From IMG/VR virus record IMGVR_UViG_3300028786_000006, positions 32,001-96,000 of that record: a stretch of DNA of 64,000 nucleotides, one strand, 5' to 3'. Shown here piece after piece: positions 56,496-64,000 of the stretch (positions are counted from its first letter, which is position 1; each line of letters starts with the position of its first letter). A program made the position numbers and the translations under genes. The notes beneath the pieces are model-generated. The model saw nothing but the letters and a program-made list of their open reading frames with translations. It had not been told where the DNA came from and did no database searches. The stretch is from a virus.

Positions 56496-58257
56496 TGCTC
56501 GATACCAGGTTGATGGACACCGTGTTGACTTCGATGATGTCGCTGCGCAAGGCGTTGATGTTCTGGTCGTAACCAGAGCTGGTGGCCTTGACAACCACGA
56601 AATCTCCGATCAGCTTGTTGGGCCGGAACTTCACGAGGTTGACAACGCCAGTCAGGTAGTTTACTGAGCCCGCGCTGCCCATCGATTTGACCTCAGTACC
56701 CTTGGTTTTCATTAGCTTCAGAACACCCAGGCCGTCGTCGATGATCCGGTAGGTGTACCCCATGTCAGCATCAGACACTGCGAAACCTGTGATGATGACG
56801 CTATTGGGCTTCAGATCTTTGTTGAAGTTGATGCTGTAAGCGCCGGCGAAGTTCAGTTCAGGAACGACATGCTTCTCGTACTCGACCTGGGTCACGTTAC
56901 CACTGAAGGAACGATCGATGTTCTTGATGAACGCGGTCAGTTGCGACAGGTCGAAGTTGCGCCCGAAGCGCTCCAGGTTGTTCTTGGAGAAGGTTGTGAT
57001 GTAGTCGGCAACTTTCTTCTTCAGGGAGGCTTCGTCGAGACTGGTGGCGCTCGGGTTGTACTTGATCGTGCTGCTGACGTTCAGGTAGTAATACGTCGGG
57101 TCAACCGCGATCGGGGTCATGGACCCCACGTTGTGCTTCTTCAGTAGCTTGACCAGGTCAGCTTTCTGAAGGTCATCCAACACTTCCGAGCTGTGCGGCT
57201 TCACTGCCACAAAGGTGTAACCGTAGCGCCGTGGCTCGTTCTCTTCGCCGCCCCAGCTGATCACGTCATCGGCTTCAGGGTACAGGCGCTTGGTGATGAT
57301 CGCATAGTCAGAATCAACAACAGCGGCCCCGCCGGAACGGAAGTTGATCGGGGCAATCTTCTTGATCGACTCGATGCTCTCCTCGTCCGTCCCTCCGACG
57401 CTTCGAGCGCTTTTCTCGCTAACTGCTACGACGCTATACCCGCCGACAGAAGATGCCGCTGTGATGCCCTTGATGCCGTTACCGGCCACGCCTTCAGTCA
57501 CTAGGTAACGAGCCAGGATGACGTTGCCATCGGACAGCTTCTTCGACAGCTGGTCATCACCAAATTCCATCTGGTAGTAGCCATTGCGGCCCAGGGACAG
57601 ATAGTAGAGCTGATTCTGCGCGCCCAGGTCATACGGCGTCCGATAGCGGCGGTAGGTGTTCAGGGTGTCGATAGTGGATGAGACCATCACACTGACATCC
57701 AGGGTGTCGATGTCGATCGAGGTACTTGGGATTTCATATACGTCGATCGCGCTACCGAGAACGTCATACGAGTTGACGATCCAGGTGCCCTGCAGCAGTT
57801 TCACGTCGCTGAAGAGGTAGTTGCCGTCATCACCCAACACGGCAGAGTACTCGGTGTTTGGGCTGAAGCTGTACGGCGTACCGTCGCGGACTGCCATGAA
57901 CCGGGCGTCGCGCTTCATTACCAGCTCCGAGGGAGCCGTGAGAGGGTCTGGAGGCGTTACCAGCACATCTACCACGAAGGTGGAGGCCTTTTTAGAGCCG
58001 GGCGTATACGCCAAGATGGCACAGTTGGAGCCCACGTTGTTGCGTTGTTCAGCGGTGTCCAAGTGCAGCTCGTTGAAGAGCATGTTGTTGGAGAACGCCT
58101 GGTTGTTGGCGTTGTAGCTCAACAGCCGAAGGAGCTGAGTGATACCGGCGCCTTCAAAGTTATAATCTTTGAATTGATCTTGGGACTGGTAGAATCGCTT
58201 CAGCGAGTCCATGATGCCATCAAAGTCGAGATTGGTGAAAGTTTGGCGGGTAGACAT
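56488..58257 (-). CDS. gp6: Baseplate wedge subunit
   Basis: LDFDGI, FKDYNFEG, FGD, ESIESIK..AP, WGGEEN; TAAGTA at 58291-58296 (-). Confidence 0.95.
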   Translation of the reverse strand: MSTRQTFTNLDFDGIMDSLKRFYQSQDQFKDYNFEGAGITQLLRLLSYNANNQAFSNNMLFNELHLDTAEQRNNVGSNCAILAYTPGSKKASTFVVDVLVTPPDPLTAPSELVMKRDARFMAVRDGTPYSFSPNTEYSAVLGDDGNYLFSDVKLLQGTWIVNSYDVLGSAIDVYEIPSTSIDIDTLDVSVMVSSTIDTLNTYRRYRTPYDLGAQNQLYYLSLGRNGYYQMEFGDDQLSKKLSDGNVILARYLVTEGVAGNGIKGITAASSVGGYSVVAVSEKSARSVGGTDEESIESIKKIAPINFRSGGAAVVDSDYAIITKRLYPEADDVISWGGEENEPRRYGYTFVAVKPHSSEVLDDLQKADLVKLLKKHNVGSMTPIAVDPTYYYLNVSSTIKYNPSATSLDEASLKKKVADYITTFSKNNLERFGRNFDLSQLTAFIKNIDRSFSGNVTQVEYEKHVVPELNFAGAYSINFNKDLKPNSVIITGFAVSDADMGYTYRIIDDGLGVLKLMKTKGTEVKSMGSAGSVNYLTGVVNLVKFRPNKLIGDFVVVKATSSGYDQNINALRSDIIEVNTVSINLVSSNA

Positions 58258-58368
58258 CAGCCTAATCCTCTGAGTATAGAACGTCTCGGTTACTTACACT
58301 GGCCAACTTCCCCGTGCCCTTTAAGTATCCGTAGAGCAACCCCACCAACTTTCTTCAGGTTCCCTCCC

Positions 58369-58698
58369 ATGGTAACGATTCAAATCGTCCCCATCATCGC
58401 GTGGCTGTTTGTACTGGCCAAAAGTGTCAGAATTATCAGCCTCTGTAAGTGCAAGGTGAACCCGAAGCGCAAGGAAGCGGCTATCATTCTCACCAGCGCA
58501 ACGGCCGCCGTGTTTTCAATCGGCCTACAGCTTGACATCATGTTCAACGGCTCTCGATACCTCGACAGCGTTGTCATAAACCGAATGATGGTCGCAGTCT
58601 TCCTGTTGTTTGCGCTTTGGGATATCTTCATTCTGAAGTACATCACTGAGACTTCCAACATCTGCGTCAGACGAAAGGAAGCCCCCTGTGAGCACTGA
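58369..58698 (+). CDS. Three-TM membrane protein (lysis-associated?)
   Basis: Starts MVTIQIVPII after late promoter TAAGTA 58322; overlaps the holin start. Confidence 0.6.
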   Translation: MVTIQIVPIIAWLFVLAKSVRIISLCKCKVNPKRKEAAIILTSATAAVFSIGLQLDIMFNGSRYLDSVVINRMMVAVFLLFALWDIFILKYITETSNICVRRKEAPCEH

Positions 58699-59023
58699 AA
58701 CCTTGATTTTCGAACTTTCCGAGAAGGCGCAGCGCTACCTGTCGGTGGGCATCGTGTCGGCAATTGGTGGTATCGCCAGTTACCTGTACGAGCACGTGAA
58801 AGGTGAACGCGACTTCTCCTTCCTGTCGTTCCTGACCATGATCTTCCTGGCATTCTTCGTCGGTAACGTCCTGGGTGAGTTCATCCCCCACGACATGAAG
58901 TCGCGTGATGGAATCCTGATGGTCGCTGGCTTCTCGAGCTGGCCTATCCTGGACGCCCTCAAGTCCAACGGCAAAAAGATCGCCGAGGCCGTCTTCAGCC
59001 GTGTCCTCAAGATCTTCAAGTAA
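58688..59023 (+). CDS. Holin (LydA-like)
   Basis: GGIASYL..., three hydrophobic segments, AGFSS..ILD, basic C-terminus. Confidence 0.7.
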   Translation: MSTETLIFELSEKAQRYLSVGIVSAIGGIASYLYEHVKGERDFSFLSFLTMIFLAFFVGNVLGEFIPHDMKSRDGILMVAGFSSWPILDALKSNGKKIAEAVFSRVLKIFK

Positions 59024-59230
59024 TAAATTCGTCAGGGGCCGCCCCGCTACGGCCCCATGAATCCTTTGAGCTACCCGAACACCAAATCGATTTACAGATC
59101 AACACCCGCCCGCTACCCTAAAGCCCAAACGCAGAGACAGATTCGATAAGGGCTCCTTGAGCCGCCCCGTGCTTTGCCTGGCCGCACGCCTTGAGTATAC
59201 TGCGTCGACCAACATATCATGGATCCTGTT

Positions 59231-59524
59231 ATGGAAATTGAAATCCGTTCAATCGGCGTGGGCTGGAATAAGGACCGCCAAAACGAAAAGAAATGGCGTG
59301 TCAAAGTTACTGGCACAGTCAAATGCCGCGAGGCCACTGTTCAATTCACCCTCTTCAAACATCGCGGTGAGGCCAGTTCTTTGAAGTTCTCTGCGGGCCG
59401 GTTGTTTGAGGTGAACATGGCCCCTGCTTCTCGCATGGAACTTGCGCTCAAAATCAAGGCGCACTGTGAGAAGCACTTGACCGAGCAAATTCAAATCATT
59501 ATGCGCACAAGGTCTCCACTATGA
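59231..59524 (+). CDS. Hypothetical early protein
   Basis: After a TTGCCT-16-TATACT promoter-like element; start 59219 or 59231. Confidence 0.6.
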   Translation: MEIEIRSIGVGWNKDRQNEKKWRVKVTGTVKCREATVQFTLFKHRGEASSLKFSAGRLFEVNMAPASRMELALKIKAHCEKHLTEQIQIIMRTRSPL

Positions 59525-59682
59525 GAGTGTCCGTGGGTAAACGCCCTGTCGTGTACTTGACCAACGGCCCGTACGCCGGGCGAACCGTTCGAGCCAATGC
59601 GAACCGCAGCCTTCAGATCCGCGTGAACGGCTTCTTCGGCTATTACTGTGATGGGGCGTGGGTTGATGCTATACCCTCTTGA
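59521..59682 (+). CDS. 53-aa hypothetical protein (not in ORF track)
   Basis: ATGA overlap; MRVSVGKRPVVYLTNGPYAG... Confidence 0.5.
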   Translation: MRVSVGKRPVVYLTNGPYAGRTVRANANRSLQIRVNGFFGYYCDGAWVDAIPS

Positions 59683-59775
59683 GCTGTTGATGCATTGCCT
59701 GATGACGTATGGCCGGCCTATCGTTTTATTCGCTTACGCCGTGGCCTCAACCGTCACATTCATTTGGAGTTGAAC

Positions 59776-60111
59776 ATGAATCAAACCGAAGAGCCCAAAG
59801 AGCCCGATACCCGGGACATACTTGAAAAGCTCACCTCGTGGAGAAAGGAATTGCCCGGTATCTGGTACGGTAACCCCGTGATTGAAGGTAGCATCGACGA
59901 AATCAAGCGTCTTCGCACCGAAAATGCTGAGTTGCGCGGCGAACCCGCCCCCAACTTCTCGAACCTCGACCGCATCAAAAACCCGCTGGGGTACTGCCCG
60001 CACTGCCATAAGCCCGGTAATCGGCGCGAGAAAAGCATCAACGGCAACGACACCTGTGACGGCGGCCACGTCTACCCGTCTTCCGCAGCCCTTCAACTTC
60101 TGACCGAGTAA
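59776..60111 (+). CDS. Hypothetical protein with C-terminal Zn-finger
   Basis: GGAG SD; CPHC...C..GH. Confidence 0.65.
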   Translation: MNQTEEPKEPDTRDILEKLTSWRKELPGIWYGNPVIEGSIDEIKRLRTENAELRGEPAPNFSNLDRIKNPLGYCPHCHKPGNRREKSINGNDTCDGGHVYPSSAALQLLTE

Positions 60112-60116
60112 CCACC

Positions 60117-60449
60117 TTGAGCAAATCTATCGTAACCCTGATCATCGCGTTCGCCCTGGTCGTTGCTTCCCAGGTCTGGCCCCACTTCATCCGCAACGAG
60201 CAAACGGTGACGGTCAACAAGACCGAGCAACGCTGTGAAGCTCAGAAGACCTGCAAGTACCTGGTCTTCACCGACAAAGGCGTGTACAAGAACACCGACA
60301 CCTGGTTGGAGTTCAAGTGGAACAGCTCGGACATGTACGGTGATTTGGTGGCCGGCAAGTCCTACACCATCAAGTCCTACGGCTTGCGCTGGTCGTTCTT
60401 CAGCTGGTATCCGAACATCGTCAAAGCCACCCCGGTGGCCGCGCAATGA
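60117..60449 (+). CDS. Membrane-anchored protein (DUF1523-like)
   Basis: N-terminal TM; YLVFTD..V.KNTD...KWNSSD...YG.R...SWYPNI. Confidence 0.65.
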   Translation: MSKSIVTLIIAFALVVASQVWPHFIRNEQTVTVNKTEQRCEAQKTCKYLVFTDKGVYKNTDTWLEFKWNSSDMYGDLVAGKSYTIKSYGLRWSFFSWYPNIVKATPVAAQ

Positions 60450-60739
60450 GGGCGGTTGAACTCGGAACTGGCAAGTTCATCCTCTCGTTCGGTATGGCAA
60501 CTCTGAGCACTAACGGTAAAGTGCAAGAATGCCTGCGCATGCTCCACGTCGGCGACCGTGGGTTTGCCCCTGGGGAAAAGTTAGGTGAGCACATCAGCGA
60601 ACTCGAACTGGCCTCTATGGCGGACGACAGCAAGTCGGTGGCGATCCTTTTCCGTACCCCGGAAGACCGCAAGCGCCTGATTGATTACCTGTCGCAGATT
60701 CCTTTTGAAGCGACGGTAAATACAGCCCCAACAGCCTAA
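60446..60739 (+). CDS. Hypothetical protein
   Basis: ATGA overlap. Confidence 0.6.
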   Translation: MRAVELGTGKFILSFGMATLSTNGKVQECLRMLHVGDRGFAPGEKLGEHISELELASMADDSKSVAILFRTPEDRKRLIDYLSQIPFEATVNTAPTA

Positions 60740-60765
60740 CCCCACCCATGTAGGAGAGCCGCCCG

Positions 60766-61224
60766 GTGCACATAATCCAAGACATCCTGACCGTGATCAA
60801 CAACCTGATTCTTCCGGTTGGGAACCTGGGATACACCCGTGGCTCAATGCCTCAGATCGACAGCGACCGGGTCGACGAGTTCATTGAGTACCTTCACCAA
60901 AACGGGGTTGAAGTATCGCCCGTGAAAGTTCGAACCAAGATGCTGCGCTTGACCCAGAACGAGGTCAACAAGCTCAAAGTGTTTGAAGTCATGCAGCGGT
61001 TGCGGAAGGGGTACAAGCTCCCTCCGTTCTTCTACTCGAAGGACTACTATGTGCTCGACGGCTCACACCGCTTCGTGGGCCAGTTCAACCTCGACAAAGA
61101 AAAGCCAGTGCCTGCGTGGAAGGTCGACATGCCAATGCAGCAGCTGATCAAACTGGCCAACCTATTTTCTGGTGTCCGCCACCGTACCGTGTCGGACCGC
61201 AAACTTGAGAAACCGAAGAAATGA
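60766..61224 (+). CDS. ParB/Srx-like N-terminal domain protein
   Basis: RGSMPQI, YVLDGSHRF; AGGAG SD; TAAATA at 60717. Confidence 0.75.
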   Translation: MHIIQDILTVINNLILPVGNLGYTRGSMPQIDSDRVDEFIEYLHQNGVEVSPVKVRTKMLRLTQNEVNKLKVFEVMQRLRKGYKLPPFFYSKDYYVLDGSHRFVGQFNLDKEKPVPAWKVDMPMQQLIKLANLFSGVRHRTVSDRKLEKPKK

Positions 61225-61676
61225 AACAGCTCGCCCCGTTTGACCCGGCCCGCCTCAAAGGCGTCCCGGAACAGATCGTCTCAATGATCAAACTGACTGA
61301 GGCCGGCACTTCGGCCTTCGTTATCGGCTGGAACGGTGAAGTGATCGGCTGGGCGAACTCTTACACCGAAGCCTTGCGGTTGCTTGTCAGTGCCAAATCC
61401 ACTACCCTGGTCGCCGACATCAACCGGCTATGCATCGAAACAGTCACCGCGATGGAGCACAAGCTCCTGGTGTCGGAGTTGAAGCGTAACTTTCAGGGCT
61501 CGTGGGCAAGCCCTGACTGGCAAGAAACGTTCAATGAACACTTCATTGAGCATGTCAAGAAGGGCGACCCAATTGACGTCATCATCTACGGCGCCTTCGC
61601 GGCATACCACGGCTGGTCTCTTGAACAGACTATCCCTGAACCGGTGTGCCTGCCCTCCCCAACCCAGGTCATTTGA
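61221..61676 (+). CDS. Hypothetical protein
   Basis: HVKKGDPIDV motif common in phage hypotheticals; ATGA overlap. Confidence 0.65.
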   Translation: MKQLAPFDPARLKGVPEQIVSMIKLTEAGTSAFVIGWNGEVIGWANSYTEALRLLVSAKSTTLVADINRLCIETVTAMEHKLLVSELKRNFQGSWASPDWQETFNEHFIEHVKKGDPIDVIIYGAFAAYHGWSLEQTIPEPVCLPSPTQVI

Positions 61677-63350
61677 ATGCTCCAGTACGTCGAAATTCCA
61701 ACGGACGAGGAGATCGCTAACGCGGTCAACATGTTGTTCCCGTTCGCTGTGGCCAACCCAGGCCAAAAGGAAGCTATCTTCCTGGCCTGCCAGGCTATCT
61801 TTCAGGGGATCCCTCACGTAATCATTGAGGCCCCCACCGGCACCGGCAAGTCCGTGATCGCTACCACGATCCACAACGTCATCCACGCCTTCGACCCCAA
61901 GTTCCGTACCAGCATCTCCACTGCCACCAAAAACCTGCAGATGCAGTACCAGCACACCCCGAAGGCTGACATCTACGACCTGATGGGTAAGACGAACTAT
62001 TCCTGTCCGATCGGTTGCGGCCCGTACAATTCACCAAAGTGCCGTAGCACCGTCGGGCAGAAGAAGTGTATCCCGAAGAACGCCTGTCCGTACATCACGC
62101 GCCGGTTGCGTTGGACCATGTCAGCCCAGCTGCGGTCGACCAACAACAGCTTCATGATAGAGGCTTGTACAGAGATCATCTGCACCGATGACACCCGCAG
62201 CGACCTGACCGTCCTGGACGAGTGCCACAAGCTGGAAGATCACCTTCTCGACCACACCACGGTCAAGATCACCGAGGCCGAGATGTATTCGATCTCGAAC
62301 ATGTTCGCCGACCTTGAGATCCTTCAAAAGACGCGGGACTACATTGACAGCCTGGCTGAATATGAAGTCGGTACTGTGATCAAGGTTCAGGGACACTTCC
62401 GCAATACCCTGATGGCTCTGTCGTCGGCCATGTCTGAAGCCCACCAACGCCTCAAGGTAATGGTTGAGCGCGCCAAGGCCAACGGGTCGGACGCCGGCCA
62501 GCTGATTTATGAAGCGATCAGCGAGCTGCAGGGCATTGAAGACAAGGCCAAGCTGTTCACCGACACCGAGTCCTCCTGTGTGATCCTGCAAGAGCGCGAA
62601 GTCAACGGCCAGGGCGTTACCATCAAGCCAGTGTTCGCTGCTGACGTGAGCGAGTTCGGGATGTTCCGGAAGGGCGACTACCACGTCCACATGTCTGCGA
62701 CTATCTGTGGCACCAAGGAGTATGCCCGTTCGTTGGGTATCGCCGAGGGCGACTACAAAGAGATTCAGATCGACAATCCGATCCCGCTGGAAAACCGCCC
62801 GGTACACGTGGTTCCTGTGGTCAAAATGACCGGCGGCCAGGATGACTTCAAGATCGCTGAATTGGTCAAGCACATTGACAACATCATCGACTCGCACGCC
62901 GGGCAAAACGGTATCGTCCACACCGTCAGCTACAAGCTCGCCGAGGCCATCTACGCCAAGTCGCGCCACAAGAAGAACATGTTGGTCAGCGGTAAGGTCA
63001 AGGACATCATGGAGGCCCTGGTTACCAACAAGGGGCGCGTGATCCTTTCGCCGTCAATTGAAGAGGGCGTCGACCTCAAGGGTGACTTGAGCCGATTTCA
63101 GATTCTGGCCAAGGTGCCGTATGGCTATTTGGGCGACCCACTTGTCAAGCTGCGCAGCGAGCGGTATCCTTCCAGCTATGCTCGGACAGCCATCTTGAGG
63201 ATTGTCCAGGCCTGTGGCCGTTCGGTACGGGGTATTGATGACTCGGCCGACACTTATATTCTTGACTCATCTTTTGAACAACTGCTGACCCGGAACTCTG
63301 ACTTGTTCCCAGTGTGGTTCAAAGAAGCACTACATTTCCATGAAGTGTAA
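61677..63350 (+). CDS. DinG/XPD-family helicase
   Basis: EAPTGTGKS, GKTNYSC + Cys cluster, DECH, MSAT, EGVD, KVPY, QACGRSVR. Confidence 0.9.
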   Translation: MLQYVEIPTDEEIANAVNMLFPFAVANPGQKEAIFLACQAIFQGIPHVIIEAPTGTGKSVIATTIHNVIHAFDPKFRTSISTATKNLQMQYQHTPKADIYDLMGKTNYSCPIGCGPYNSPKCRSTVGQKKCIPKNACPYITRRLRWTMSAQLRSTNNSFMIEACTEIICTDDTRSDLTVLDECHKLEDHLLDHTTVKITEAEMYSISNMFADLEILQKTRDYIDSLAEYEVGTVIKVQGHFRNTLMALSSAMSEAHQRLKVMVERAKANGSDAGQLIYEAISELQGIEDKAKLFTDTESSCVILQEREVNGQGVTIKPVFAADVSEFGMFRKGDYHVHMSATICGTKEYARSLGIAEGDYKEIQIDNPIPLENRPVHVVPVVKMTGGQDDFKIAELVKHIDNIIDSHAGQNGIVHTVSYKLAEAIYAKSRHKKNMLVSGKVKDIMEALVTNKGRVILSPSIEEGVDLKGDLSRFQILAKVPYGYLGDPLVKLRSERYPSSYARTAILRIVQACGRSVRGIDDSADTYILDSSFEQLLTRNSDLFPVWFKEALHFHEV

Positions 63351-63359
63351 AGGAAACGC

Positions 63360-64000
63360 ATGAACTTCAAAGACTTCGCAGCCAAAGACCTCAAAGAGTT
63401 CTCGATCTATGCCAACGTGCGGACGATCCCCTCGATGGTGGACGGCCTGAAAGTCCCCCAACGGAAGGCGCTGTTTGGCGCCCTCCACCACGGTGGACAG
63501 ACCACGGTTGCCCGTATGGCCAACCACGCCGCTGAAGTGACGTCGTATACCCACGGCGAAGAGAACATGGGCGACACCCTGGTGATCATGGGTCAGGACT
63601 TCCCTGGGTCCAACAACATGCCACTGATCCAGCGCAAGGGTCAGTATGGCACGATCCTGGACCGCAAGGCTTCGGCCGCCCGGTATATCAAGGCCAGCGT
63701 TCACCGCGAAAACTTCGATCTTCTGTTCTCCAAGGACGACACCCCGATACTGCAAATGCTGTTTCAGGAGGAGCAGTACGTGGAGCCGGTGCATTACCTG
63801 CCCTGCCTGCCCCTGGCGTTGATCAACGGTGCTGACGGGATTGGGGTAGGCTATGCCACCTCGGTCTTCCAGCACTCTGTCAAGGACGTTCGAAGGGCTG
63901 TCAAGGAGGTGATGGAGCACGGCGCGGTTGTAACGAAGCTGGTCCCACACTTCAACGGCTACAAGGGTACTGTCAAGCGCCTTGAGAACGACCAGATCGA
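63360..64000 (+). CDS. gp52: Type II topoisomerase breakage-reunion subunit, partial (not in ORF track)
   Basis: Manual translation: RTIPSMVDGLK..QRK, YTHGE, GSNN.PL, GQYG, ASAARYI active-site Tyr. Confidence 0.93.
   Translation, partial: MNFKDFAAKDLKEFSIYANVRTIPSMVDGLKVPQRKALFGALHHGGQTTVARMANHAAEVTSYTHGEENMGDTLVIMGQDFPGSNNMPLIQRKGQYGTILDRKASAARYIKASVHRENFDLLFSKDDTPILQMLFQEEQYVEPVHYLPCLPLALINGADGIGVGYATSVFQHSVKDVRRAVKEVMEHGAVVTKLVPHFNGYKGTVKRLENDQI

Noticed and set aside
63330-63950. 206-aa minus-strand ORF
   Set aside because: Antisense shadow of gp52
1-64000. tRNA, rRNA, integrase or transposase genes
   Set aside because: None recognised by eye; a tRNAscan-SE/ARAGORN run would be needed to exclude tRNAs

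Overview
This window is 64 kb of a lytic T4-superfamily myovirus genome with C/G-ending codon bias. Gene content resembles Ackermannviridae (gp32-gp33-FmdB-RuvC, gp26-gp5-gp25, RNase HI, VrlC-like baseplate protein, branched receptor-binding proteins); tail-fibre genes suggest a Pseudomonas-like host (inference). It holds replication/recombination genes (partial gp43, gp32, gp46/47, UvsW/UvsY, RuvC, DinG-like helicase, partial gp52), nucleotide metabolism (nrdA/B, glutaredoxin, dCMP deaminase), late transcription (gp55, gp33, TAANTA promoters) and a rearranged head/neck/tail/baseplate module. The most unusual signals are: (1) a hydrophobic two-TM ORF apparently overprinted in the +1 frame of the 1606-aa baseplate gene, marked by a sharp patch of T-ending codons; (2) a ~310-nt multi-helix non-coding RNA candidate with repeated CAAGGA (CsrA/RsmA-like) motifs beside an AT-rich iteron/origin-like region; (3) a gp5 spike with two peptidoglycan hydrolases and a fibre-like extension; (4) capsid-targeted internal proteins, one with an ADP-ribosyltransferase fold; (5) a kissing-loop RNA element after gp19; (6) a recoded gp23 3' end next to an HNH endonuclease. 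All family assignments come from motif recognition, not database searches.
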